A DNA stretch of 64,000 nt from assembly GCA_040954595.2 (NCBI GenBank), contig CM082578.2:13422304-13486303 (forward strand), given 5' to 3'. Both the position numbers and the translations under genes were made by a program. The notes under the pieces are model-generated. The model had not been told where the DNA came from and did no database searches. It worked only from the letters and a program-made list of their open reading frames with translations. Source of the DNA: Balanoglossus misakiensis (Eukaryota > Animalia > Hemichordata). Below are positions 40,800 through 52,182 of the stretch, in pieces. The number at the start of each line of letters is the position of its first letter. The first letter of the stretch is position 1.

Positions 40800-41591
40800 T
40801 TTGCACTTCTGACTCAGATTTTACCTACTTCCTAGGCCATATATCTTATATATGGACTTCAATACACGCCCTCTACCGACAAACTCGATGGTTTTGTATA
40901 TGATTCTGAACGTTGTTTTCAACGGGGGATCGGTACGCGTTCGGGGGTCGGTTGACTCAACATTGAAATATTGCAATTTTCCTGATTTTTACAGATGCTG
41001 TGTATCGATGAATTTTGAAAACATAAATAAAAAACATGATTTTGCATGGTTCTGGACAATTTTTACGTATGAAATAAGGCAGCTGTCGGCTTTCTCCCAA
41101 GCTTACCTGAGAAGCCTATTTGACCCACAGTAATGTAAAGGGATTTATTATGAGATTTGTATGTCTTATAAGAGCCGATCATGGATTGAGAGAGAGAGGA
41201 ATTTCAGTGGCCGTGTATGTACAGCTCTCATTGGTCATTTCTCGATAAAACAGGTGCACGCCCTGGGTGCACATTGGCCAGATGTGTCAAATACTCAAAT
41301 ATGGTGCAACCAATCCGCTTTAACTTTCAGGGTGCTGCATGTATATTCTTACCGCTTTTGTAAAAAGAACTGACGAGGAGAAAAATAAACAAAATTCAAA
41401 TTTGCATTAATAGAAACGTGCAGCTTATTGTTAGTATGTCATCAGTGGCTCGGTCGCGAACCTGGTATCTATGTCAAGGGACAAACACCGGGTCAGAACT
41501 TATCAGTACGTACATCATCAGCGTTGACATTTACCGCGGCCAAAATAGCCACTGCTTTATTTGACAAATGTTACTGAATATTTCTAGTTCT

Positions 41592-41624
41592 ACCACGGTC
41601 ACTCCACACAGGAGTGACCGTGGT
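41592..41624. repeat. Perfect 14-bp inverted repeat with a 5-nt spacer
   Basis: accacggtcactcc-acaca-ggagtgaccgtggt. Confidence 0.9.
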
Positions 41625-41819
41625 TCTACACTGAATGTCCGATGTGTTTCAATGTCGATACTGTTACTAACACCATGGTTACAGGCAGCATCACACCAAC
41701 TTGTGACATAAAGCTAAGGGAACCTGGCAACGCACACAGTTATAGTGTGGAAGTTTTACTAGGAACCAGAACGACAGACACCTGTTGAATATTGTCGTCT
41801 CTCTCTTACATTATCCCAG

Positions 41820-44051
41820 TCAGTATTTCAAAGTTTTGTGCAGTTCCTCGAGTTCCCTGTTGACATTCACTGGATACTTCAATTTAAGAGAGACCCTAGG
41901 TGGCAGGGGAGGGGCTCCATCATTATTTGACTCCGCAGCTTGGCTCTCAGTTTTCCGTAGTGATAAAGCATTGTGTCTATAGTATTTCAAGAGTTCTTCT
42001 ACTGAATCTTTTCTTTCATCGTCTCTGTAGAAATAAAACTGGTTTTTGCTCTTGTATATCCTTAAGTGTTTGATCTTCCCCAGGTACCTGTGAAAAATGG
42101 TAAAAGATAGTTATTTTCAGTAGCATTTTTTCTGGTGTCCACTTGTTTAGACTTACTGTGCATAGGTTCAGGTTAAATGACATTGAAAATCTGGAAGACA
42201 CATGCGGATGCCAATTTTTAATGGCCCATGTTTGTCGACGTGGCCATTTCTATATACATGAGTTCAGGACTTCTTATTGATGTTCAAGTTGAAACAACTT
42301 ACGTGGCACTGACTGCAAGACGCCCTCGCTCTGTTCTCCTCAGAATGAAGTAACCGTCTGCCTTCAGGTAATCTTTCATAACTCTGATGATCTTTCAGAG
42401 GAAACGAGACAGCGATTTATGAGAGATGCAAACTCAGTGATATTGCCAGGTTATTTTCATTTCGTCAAATATGCGTGATAACAATTGCCGTTGTCATGGA
42501 TTCAGGCACTGACTTTAAATGAACTTTTCCATAGCAACAATATTAAATTTACACATGGGCTGTCTTCATGAGCAAACAAATCATAAAAAAATCACTATCA
42601 AGTCAAGGAGAAAAAAATAATTGAAGATGATTGTTACCTCAAATTTATTATCTGGTAGATGCTTGTGCCATCCCAATTTCACGTCTAAATTTACATAAAT
42701 ATCGTTTGCATCCCTGCCATTAACAGATTTCTGAGTAGGAGACCGAGTGCATACTTCCACGTCATCATAATCGTTTTCAGTTATTTCTTTTTCGTCGTCT
42801 TCCTTCCATTGCGATGCCTGGTATAGATATATGTGGTAACCCTGCCGTTATAATCAATGAGTCGTAGCATCAAACTACATGTATGATCAAAACAGCAACG
42901 AATAATGGACTTAAAGTATGACTTGCACAATATCTTGATGTCAAAAACTCACTTTCAGTTGGCCGGCTTCGGTGTCCCATGCAATTTCCTTGTCAGTGAC
43001 AGGGCGGATCGCCAGGTCATCTGGTTTCAACCCAATCTTTTTTAAAGGTCGATTCAAAGCTACCATTAGACTGTCTTGTTCTGGTACTCGAAGATCTTCT
43101 CTTGGCAGATCTACTGTCTTTTCCTGATCCATTACAACTGTACAGGTTAGTTGGCACAATGCTGAAAACAGGGCAAATATATTGCAAAGGAAGAAACAGA
43201 CATGCGTTGAAGCCTTACTATTATCTGGTAGAAGCTTAGTCCTTAATTAACACTTATACTCGTGATGATGATGTAGTTCTGGGGAAAGTGAACGTGTCTG
43301 GTGGAAATGGGACACAGATACAAAAAGCATACCTGTTCAAAACTACACGTAGCCTAGTCCGTTGGAAATATGCTTATAGGCCTAAGTTATACATGCGGAT
43401 TACCGTACTAACAACCAAATGGTTATTCTGTTATTCTAAATTAAGACTGTCTATAGTAGAATTATGACATCAGTGGATAAAAGTTGAGCGTAGTCGAAGT
43501 TTTGGAACATGTTTCGGGTACATTGTGCTAGTATAATCTTTCCAGTGATTCATAAGGCGTCATTGAAAATTACGAATTCGAAGTACTTCCTTGTATGGTA
43601 TCAGTATCGGAATTTACATGTACTCACATTGCGCGCTTTGATAGAGAAGACTCAACACGTCATATCTGTTTATGGATATAAGTTGATCCTCCAAAACCTT
43701 GACTGTGCTACTGCCTTTCTGGGACCATGAGTCCAGCATTATTTCACCTGCGATTTTGCAATCTTTTTTACCCTCTAGTTGAATGAACCTGATTTCGTCC
43801 CGGTCTAGACCAAGGGCTTCTGCGAGAATCACCCAGTCGTTCGCAACTACATGTTTTTCGGACAGATAAACACCGATCTTCCTCTTTATGCCTGTGCTGA
43901 GTGTAGAGTAGGGCTTTGATCTGTACAGATCCCAATTTGCAGGCGGCGTGTGTGTCGGCTCCGCAGACGTACTCGCCATATTCAGTATACTATTAGTTGG
44001 CATTGCCGAAGATTCTGGTTCGGTCGATAGGTCAATTGACCTATGATACAC
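41820..44051 (-). CDS. Adaptor B: MyD88-type death domain - Raf-type RBD - Tyr linker - SH2, about 397 aa. Exons 44051-43628, 43161-42953, 42841-42638, 42391-42303, 42087-41820
   Basis: GT-AG introns with consistent phase (1194 nt), at the same positions as in paralog A. Death domain LSTGIKRKIGVYLSEKHVVANDWVILAEALGL. RBD SLMVALNRPLKKIGLKPDD..IAWDTEAGQLKGYHIYL. SH2 GWH..DGYFILRR..KIKHLRI..SVEELLKYY..LKYPV. The start could be ATG 44051 or 44003. Confidence 0.85.
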
Positions 44052-44191
44052 ATGTCATTGGGGAGACTTTACATTCCCATGTAGGCAAGAGATGCGTGCC
44101 TGCAAGGTCACCGGACTATGGTAAGACCAGGACTGTTAAGTGATCTAAGATTCCCTTTATGTGATTATATTTTATTTTCGGGTATTGCAAT

Positions 44192-44202
44192 GGGGTATTC
44201 CC
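44192..44202. promoter_or_regulatory. kappaB-like site upstream of adaptor B
   Basis: GGGGTATTCCC fits GGGRNNYYCC, about 140 bp upstream of the first ATG. Confidence 0.4.
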
Positions 44203-45045
44203 ACCGATGAAATATGGATACTTACTGCCAGCTCGCGTTCAATTTCGACGCAAGATTTTGGTCTCTGATTCAGAACTGGGTCACGAATGGAAATCGTAAT
44301 ACATTGTACTTGAGATGTTGAAGTGGTTCAATAAATGACACACAGAGTTTTAATTTTCCTTCCAGATCAAAATACAAATGTACTCGGTGCTAACTCTGGA
44401 CCCCATCCCTGCCACAAAGCTGTTTAAACAAGCGACATCCACTCAACATAGCTTGCAATATAGCTCCCATGACGTGACACTTCATACAAAATGAAAGGTG
44501 ACATGATTGCGACTGACTTTCTGACTTTGATACAGGTTTAATGACAAAAATAAGGACAGGAAAAGACATTTTAATGATGGCAAATACAGTACATAAAATA
44601 ACAGAAATATTTCAATATTAAGTCTCTAGGTTTTTTTGGTAGTCCTACCTCTACATATTTTTTGTAAAATTTCAAATACTAGTTCTCTGCTGTATCTCTC
44701 CCCTACCCATTGTACATGTATCTTCCCACCCCAGTACCCCGTTCCAGTATCTCTCCCTCCCATCCTGCACCTCTTCCCACTCCGTTCACTCATTCATTCA
44801 TTTTCTTGTACCATTCTTGACTGAAGCCCAATAATGGCTACACAGCCAAACAGCCAAAGCAAACTATCCTTCACAGTACAAGTGATTTAGATCACCCTAC
44901 TTGATCTTTCAGCCTTACATACATATTGACATTCTTAAAAACGTGTATTCCCCAAAACAAAATAAACTTATAAACAGGTATAACTATTTCATGTCTGATT
45001 TACAATTCAAAGGAAAGTTGACAGTGGACTGCCTCCTTGTTGTCA

Positions 45046-46085
45046 TTATGATGCAACTTTGTATACTGCCATGGTAACCATGTCATGTGACTTGATTAAA
45101 ACATTGCTGTGAAGGAAAAACACAGAAAAATAAAGAGATTAGTAGGAATTCATATGCATGAGGTAATTTAGAAAGGCATTAATTCAGATAAGTAATAATC
45201 ACCGTAAAACCATTCAGCAAGACAACTTGTAGATACTCATAAAAAATACTGCTAATAGTAAAACTCATTATTATTCATGTGTCTTTGTCATGCCAAGTCT
45301 CACATGACATTGTCGAATGTGAGAGCGCCACCACTGTTTGCAGAGTGTTCACAAGTGATCATGTGACTATTCACTTACCAAGTATCTGATTCAACACACA
45401 CAACAGGTGATGTTTGTCCATCTGCTGATAACTGTTTTGCACAGTCTGCTAAGCCTGATATGACGCCTGATGATTTTACTTGTGCATTTCCTTTTGCTAT
45501 AATAAACAAAATATACAAAATATAATAAACAAGACGATACATGCACAGCAGCATTGCATGTACATGTACATTAAGCATGGTTGAGAAGTAAAGACGATAT
45601 GAAAGTTCGATCAGAGGCTGTACAGTTCACAATGACCAGCATCCCCCTGTAAATATTATTATTTGCATTGGAATGGCTACTACCACAGTAGGATGAACAA
45701 TACTAGACTACCAGGTACTGTGATAGGGACACAGTACTATTCCTATACATGTAGTAGCAAAATGAATTATAGTGATCAGGATTACCCAAAAGTTCTGATC
45801 TTACCTCCCAGACACAGCCCTTTTTGGTCAGCAGCTAAGACACCGATAACACCATGAACATTCATACTGCAAGTATTGGCAAAGAAGAAATAATTATCCA
45901 TAGTTATCCATAAGTTTATTGCAAATAGAAATACTGAGCTCATCGTCATTTTCACGTGACCCAAGGCCTAATTATTTTTGTGTTGTCTGTAGTTGCTGAA
46001 CCTATTCTCTGGGGGTCTGTCACATTTGGACCCATACAATAGTTACTTACGTATCATCCAAGTGTTTTTCAAGAGCACTTTCCAT
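45046..46085 (-). CDS. LAMTOR5: Ragulator complex protein LAMTOR5 (HBXIP), 91 aa. Exons 46085-46051, 45866-45805, 45496-45379, 45106-45046
   Basis: MESALEKHLDDTMNVHGVIGVLAADQKGLCLGAKG..SGVISGLA..PVVCVESD..VLIKSHDMVTMAVYKVAS; 276 nt in frame. Confidence 0.95.
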
Positions 46086-46405
46086 GTCTACAGAAGAATC
46101 AAACTTTTGGGATCTCCTTCGCTCGGAGTGTACGTACGTACTGGCACAGTGGACCAAGTTCTGTTCTTCCGCTTCCTGTTGACCCCCTAGAAAATGTAAC
46201 ATCGAAAACTGACTTGTTTGTTTGATTTCCCCTATTTGAATCATACATTACGCCGATCTATGCGTTAACTCTTAAATATAATTAATCAACATAACTTTAC
46301 AAAGATGAGATTTAACCCGTGAGCAGCCACAATTGATTTTTTGTTGATAAAAACTTACTCACTTAGAGGGCCTCTAAGGAATTGTGGGTAGTCGGGATCT
46401 CCCTC

Positions 46406-46413
46406 TGACGTCA
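46406..46413. promoter_or_regulatory. Palindromic CRE (TGACGTCA) in the LAMTOR5/KIN bidirectional promoter region
   Basis: Exact CRE consensus between divergent genes whose conserved ATGs are 550 bp apart. A variant (tcacgtca) lies just before the KIN ATG. Confidence 0.5.
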
Positions 46414-46634
46414 TTTGTAGCGTTCTGCTTTCGCCCTCACCGCACAACATACATGCTGGTTCATTTCACTTTTATTTTCTGGTACGTCGATATTTTAACG
46501 CCATTATAAAGTTCACAGGTTTTACATTGCGTGTGGCAAAGCCGGACAAGGAACGTTTGCATTGAAACGGCCTTGCGTTCTCTGTGTGGTCCGCAGAGTT
46601 GTTTGTAAACGTCGAACGGTGAACTGCTCACGTC

Positions 46635-46948
46635 ATGGGGAAACACGATTTTCTCACTCCAAAGGCGATCGGAAACCGAATCAAAGCAAAGGGGCTGCAG
46701 AAGCTACGATGGTACTGTCAGATGTGCCAGAAACAGTGTCGAGATGAGGTAAGTACTTCCTTTATGTCAAATTGTACGACTGATCCACCTTTTGGTAACT
46801 ACATGTAACCTCCATTACTTCCTGTTGACAATGGACTCTCAGGGATGGAGTACAATCATGGCAATCAAGTGTGTCGAATCCATGGTCATGGTTAATACGC
46901 CGTTATTCTGTTAAAATTATCTCGAACAAAATAAGAATAAATTTTGTT

Positions 46949-47019
<71 letters not shown>

Positions 47020-49738
47020 TTATTATTTATATTAATTAATATTATGATTATTATTAACTCAAAATAGAACATCAGGAGATAAAAATGATCAACCGTACTT
47101 AGTGGTCAGCAAATATTTGAGTTTAAATAGTGTTTTGTCAGTCATCATTTGGAACAACGTGGATGTTTATGCTCGTTTTCATCATGAACACAGAATGGAT
47201 TCAAGTGTCACACTATGTCAGAGTCACATCAACGACAGCTGTTGCTGTTTGCAGAGAATCCTGACAAGTATTTAGATGCATATTCAGAGTAAGTATCAAA
47301 TGTGATATTTTGTTTATGAACATGAACTTATCTCAAGTTCAAAAGTAAAATCCTGGCAAAAATAAATGATGTCCAACACCTGAGGAGTTGGTCTTTCAAG
47401 TTCGATTAATGTCTTTTGTCTGAACTAATATTTACTGCTTTCAAAGTAACTGTTGTTTATGTTTTCCACCAGAGAATTCCTGGACGAGTTCATGGAACTG
47501 CTGAGGAGAAGATTTGGAACCCGAAGAGTGCACAGCAATGTTGTTTATAACGAATACATTCAATACAAAGAACATATTCACATGAACTCAACACAGTGGG
47601 AAACTTTGACAGACTTTGTGAAATGGCTTGGCAGGGAGGGTAGGTGATCAGTGTCACCTTCTAGTCATAGTGTCAATCAATCAATCAATCAACCAATCAA
47701 TCAATCAGACTGAGTGTATTGAAACACAGGATACCTGTATCAAACTTTCACTTGAAGTTCAGTCAAGGATACTAGACAATTCTCCTTTAAACCCTGTTGT
47801 GGGGTTACCCTTACAATGAAATATTACATTAGAGTTGGCTCTGAATTCAAATCATTGCATAGTTTATTGGATTATCTTCATAAAAAAAACTACTTTGGAT
47901 CCTTAGGCAAAGTGAAAGTTGATCATACAGAGAAGGGATGGTTCATAACATACATTGACAAAGATCCAGAGACAATCAAGAAACAGGAAGCCCATGCAAA
48001 GAAAGAGAAGATGGAGCTAGACGATGAAGAAAGAATTATGAAGTTTATTGAGAAACAAATCGACAAAGTGAAAGAGACAGAAGGAGAGAAAGTAAGATAT
48101 ATTGAGAGTGATTCAAAATAACACAAGAACAAAAGTGTGTTCCAATAGTAATGGTCCTAGTTTACAGTAAACGAAATAAAGATTTTTCATTCTATGGGTA
48201 AATTTTGACACTGGCCCAACCTCCTGTTGCTCATGACTGAACCATGTTTTTCAGGCAACTGCAGTGTACACAGAACTACAAAGAGAAAGTGAGGAAGAAA
48301 AAGTGTCCTTTTCTTTGAGTCTTGGCAACAAAACACCTGCAGAGGAAGATAGCACTTCAAAACCTTCAACAAGCAGTTCATCCAAGGGAGCTAGGCCAAA
48401 GTAAGTCTGATCATTATTCAGACTGTGCTCTGCCAACCAGCTAAATCATCTTCTATAATTTGACGGGTTCTCATAAGTACAGCACATTGATAGAATAATG
48501 TCAAAAGGTCCAAGATCAATTGATCAATTGAACTCAATTCTGCTGTGTTTTCTACATATGCTTTCTGCACCACAGACTTCTACCGGCAGTGAATCCATTG
48601 AAACCAACTGTAACCAAGAAAAAAACAAGTTCATCAAAAGATAGGAAAAGGAAATCAGCCCTGGATGAAATTATGGAGGTATAGGATTTGGTTTTACATT
48701 CATCTACTAGCTAGGGGTGACGTCAAAAGTTTTAAGTCTAAAAAAATAATTCTTTGAGTTTCCCTTTTCTTGGTTGGGGAGGATGAGGAAAAATGTCATA
48801 TGTACGTTAGTTATAAAGTCTATGAATGTTCTGGATACAGGAGGAAGAGAGTAAGAAAGCAAAGTTGAAAAGAACTGATCACTGGTTGGCTGAAGGCATT
48901 GTAGTCAAAGTTACAACTTCAAGGTTGGGTGACAGATATCACAAGAAGAAGGCTGTAATCAAGGTAATGACTGCATGGTTGCTACTGGTAACTCATTTCA
49001 TTGTGTCCACGCTACCCTCAACTTGCAAAATGCTTATGAAAAATCTCTTGCCTTTCACATTAAGTTCTGCAAACATGCTGACTGTATTGCTAGCATAGCC
49101 AATATGAGACATCACCCAGTATCTCTCTTTATGCATACAACAGGAAGTACATGACAAGTACACGGCCATTGTTAAGATGATAGACTCTGGTGATAAACTG
49201 AAATTGGACCAAGCACATGTAGAAACAGTCATACCTGCACAAGGTGAGTGTCCAACAATTTCTTTGAGTCCAGTTTAGGTGAACTGAATAGTGAAGTGTC
49301 ATGGTGTCAACAACTGAGATGGTGGTGCCCTCATACGATACTGTCTATTTCCCTCCTTGACTATGATGAAAGGATTGGGATTGTTTTGCATTGTACATTG
49401 AATGATGAGTGACCTGTGGTCATTTCTCTTCAGGCAAGCTTGTTCTGATCTTGAATGGTCCTCACAGGGATTGCAAGGCTCGACTCCTCTCACTAAATGA
49501 GAAGAATTTCTGTGTGTCCATCAAACTAGAAACGGTGAGTTTTTATTTCAAGAGACAAACATCTAGGGTGTTTAATGTAACTGGTAGTCCTCAGATGTGT
49601 TCACAAAAGATTTCAGTTTTCTATTATTTCTGGTGATTAATTAGATTTTCTCTGCTTCCACAGGGACTGCAAAAAGGAAGACTAGTTGATGGTGTTCAAT
49701 ATGAAGACATTAGTAAACTTGCCGAACAGGCGCTTTGA
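46635..49738 (+). CDS. KIN: DNA/RNA-binding protein KIN17, about 10 exons
   Basis: MGKHDFLTPKAIGNRIKAKGLQKLRWYCQMCQKQCRDENGFKCHTMSESHQRQ; HIHMNSTQWETLTDFVKWLGREG; KGWFITYID; WLAEGIVVKV; KLDQAHVETVIP; YEDISKLA. Confidence 0.97.
46951..47019. repeat. (CAT)23 microsatellite in KIN intron 1
   Basis: Uninterrupted trinucleotide run. Confidence 0.97.
47672..47706. repeat. (TCAA)n microsatellite in a KIN intron
   Basis: tcaatcaatcaatcaatcaaccaatcaatcaatca. A similar (TTGA)n run occurs near 54270-54290. Confidence 0.85.
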
Positions 49739-50173
49739 AAATGAGAATTTGTGGTCACTGTACTGTTTTGTATAGTTGAATCACAACAGATTGCAGTCCA
49801 AGGAATCTATCACTTTAACTAAAACCAAACAGTCCTGACTTACAAAACTTTATGGAGGCATGACGAGAAGAAGGGCAGTTGAAAGGTTGAAATTTATCAT
49901 TGCTCAGAACAAGATGGTTGACTTCTAATTCGCCATTTAGTTTCAGCTGTGTACAAGACTGCAATATAAAACTACATTTTCTAAGAACAGCACAATTTTC
50001 CAGTACGTTTATGCATCAACCTGTTCCTGTACATTGTCCTATTAGTGTAGACGTTTAGTAAAATCGTTTTGTTTTTATTTTGTATAAAAAAGTTTCTTGT
50101 CAGAAGAGAATGGTACCGATACACCTGTAAGGTGGGTTGGTTGTTGAAAAAAAGACAGAATTTATTATTTGCT

Positions 50174-50245
50174 TTAACCCTTTCACCACTATTTTCTATG
50201 GTAAGGTTGGACCTCTAAAGAGGGAACTAGGGGCGAAAGGGTTAA
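50174..50245. mobile_element. Short piggyBac-like MITE, copy 2 (TTAA-flanked, internally deleted relative to copy 1)
   Basis: TTAA-CCCTTTCACC...GGCGAAAGGG-TTAA: terminal inverted repeats beginning CCC, flanked by TTAA on both sides. Confidence 0.75.
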
Positions 50246-52182
50246 ATCTCGTCAAAGCAGTGCAACAAAGTTATGTGGTTTTTTAAAAAAAAATTTAATT
50301 TCTCCACTAAATCTTGAAGATATAGAAAAACTCAGCACCTACTCACGTCATCAGATTAACAGCAGAAAAGTTTTTTGTTTTTACATACCTGAGCTGCAGG
50401 AGGCTTGGACCAGATTTCTTGATTGATGTCGGAGCAATTGGAGTCATCCAGACTGGTGATTCTCATACTGCCATATGCACTACAATGGTTGTATTTTAAC
50501 AATTTAGGAAAACTTATCTGTTATACAGATTTCTATTTTCAGTGTTATGCTATCAAACAATCCATTTGCCACAGTCTGCTAGACACTTGTTTTTCTACAG
50601 CAAAGAAACAAGTGTTGGAACACACATCAAATTTATTCCCTCAGAGTCAACGATCATCACCACCTCTGTGTGGCATAGCCAAAAATTGGAACATGAGAGA
50701 GATGCTATACAACATAACACTGTGTATTTACTTGTAATATTGTGTATGTACGCGAGTAAAACCTTTTGCAAACGGCATTTTCCACTGAATCTATGTTATA
50801 CATGGCTTTCCTGGTGTTTTGATAATCCAGGGTGATACCAGTGAAAGTCAATACAGTTGGTGTGTATTTTTTACCAAATAGGTCAGCAAGTTCAATGGTC
50901 ATCAAGCTTATTGTTTGTCTCGTTTGCCATATGAAGTGCACGACCAGTGGTAAAGTTGCAACAGCAAGCAGTCATAGGTCAGCAAATGAGTGCAGTGACA
51001 TCATAAGTTGACTGTCCAATGGGATACCATTTTCGGCCTGATCACAGAGTGGTGCTATTAAATAGAAAGGTAGTCAGCAAAAATAACCTCCAAGGAAGGT
51101 ACTTTATTCATCTAAATGACTGAAGCATTCAAGCAGGAAAGTTTCACTTGAAGAAAACAGTCAAGTTGGACATGTCTGAGACATGCACCTTCCAAATACT
51201 ACGAACAGAACAAAGCCCTTTTCATTAAATATATACTATTTCCTAACAGTTCCTGTTTGGGGATATACATGCAGAAATGCTCTGTTTAACAGACAATGAC
51301 ACCATTTTATATGTGAAAAGGCAATAATACTGTTGTGATGCTATTTGTACATGATGTTCATTTATTCTACATATGATATAGTATGCATTCTGTGTGACCT
51401 CTAAACTTTCACCATAAACTACAAAATAGCAAAACTCGAATGAAGAGAGAGGACTGGCAAAAAGAAATCATAACAATCCTTAGTGCAAAGTCAAAAGAAA
51501 ACAATGTTGTCAGTTATCTGACAGCACAGGCACTGAAATAGTAGTTCAACACCAAAAATCATGTAGTTTGGACAATGAAACAAGTTTAGAAATGTCATGG
51601 TGCAAACAAACTGTAAAAGACAATAATTAAAAATCGGCAACTTCATCACATTGATGTTTGTGAAGTTGGCTTAAAATACTGGAATATTTCCAAACTGTTG
51701 TTTCGAGGTTCAAATACACAGTGTTCGGTGCTCAATCACAATTTCAGTGCCTGCCCAATGATCAGGTAGTGACTCTGAACTACAGCAGGGGGTAGCACAG
51801 ATACAAATTTTATGTCTGATTTACTAAGACTTTGTTGAAATGTTACATTTCACATCAAGGATAAAGATTTCAGTGATTGATTTCTGTGAACAGGACATAT
51901 TGCAATGCAACTGCACAAATGAAATTTTTTTTCTCACACACTTGAACACAAATATGTATACACGTCTCATGATTATGTTAAATTTACTGTTTGAGAAATA
52001 TTCCCACCCCACTGCAACACCATCTATATAACAAAAACTCATCCAATAAATTATTTCATCACAAACCAAATACTCAGCATAAATGCATAATATTGCTGAC
52101 TTTTCCTTGAAAAATGTTAGCAAAACATTGGTTATCTGAATTCTAAATTCCACTTCCTACATCACGATTGTGGATTTCATTA

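Noticed and set aside
50380-50960. Possible extra small gene or spliced UTR between KIN and AASS
   Set aside because: Only isolated splice-like sites; no coherent multi-exon frame could be built.
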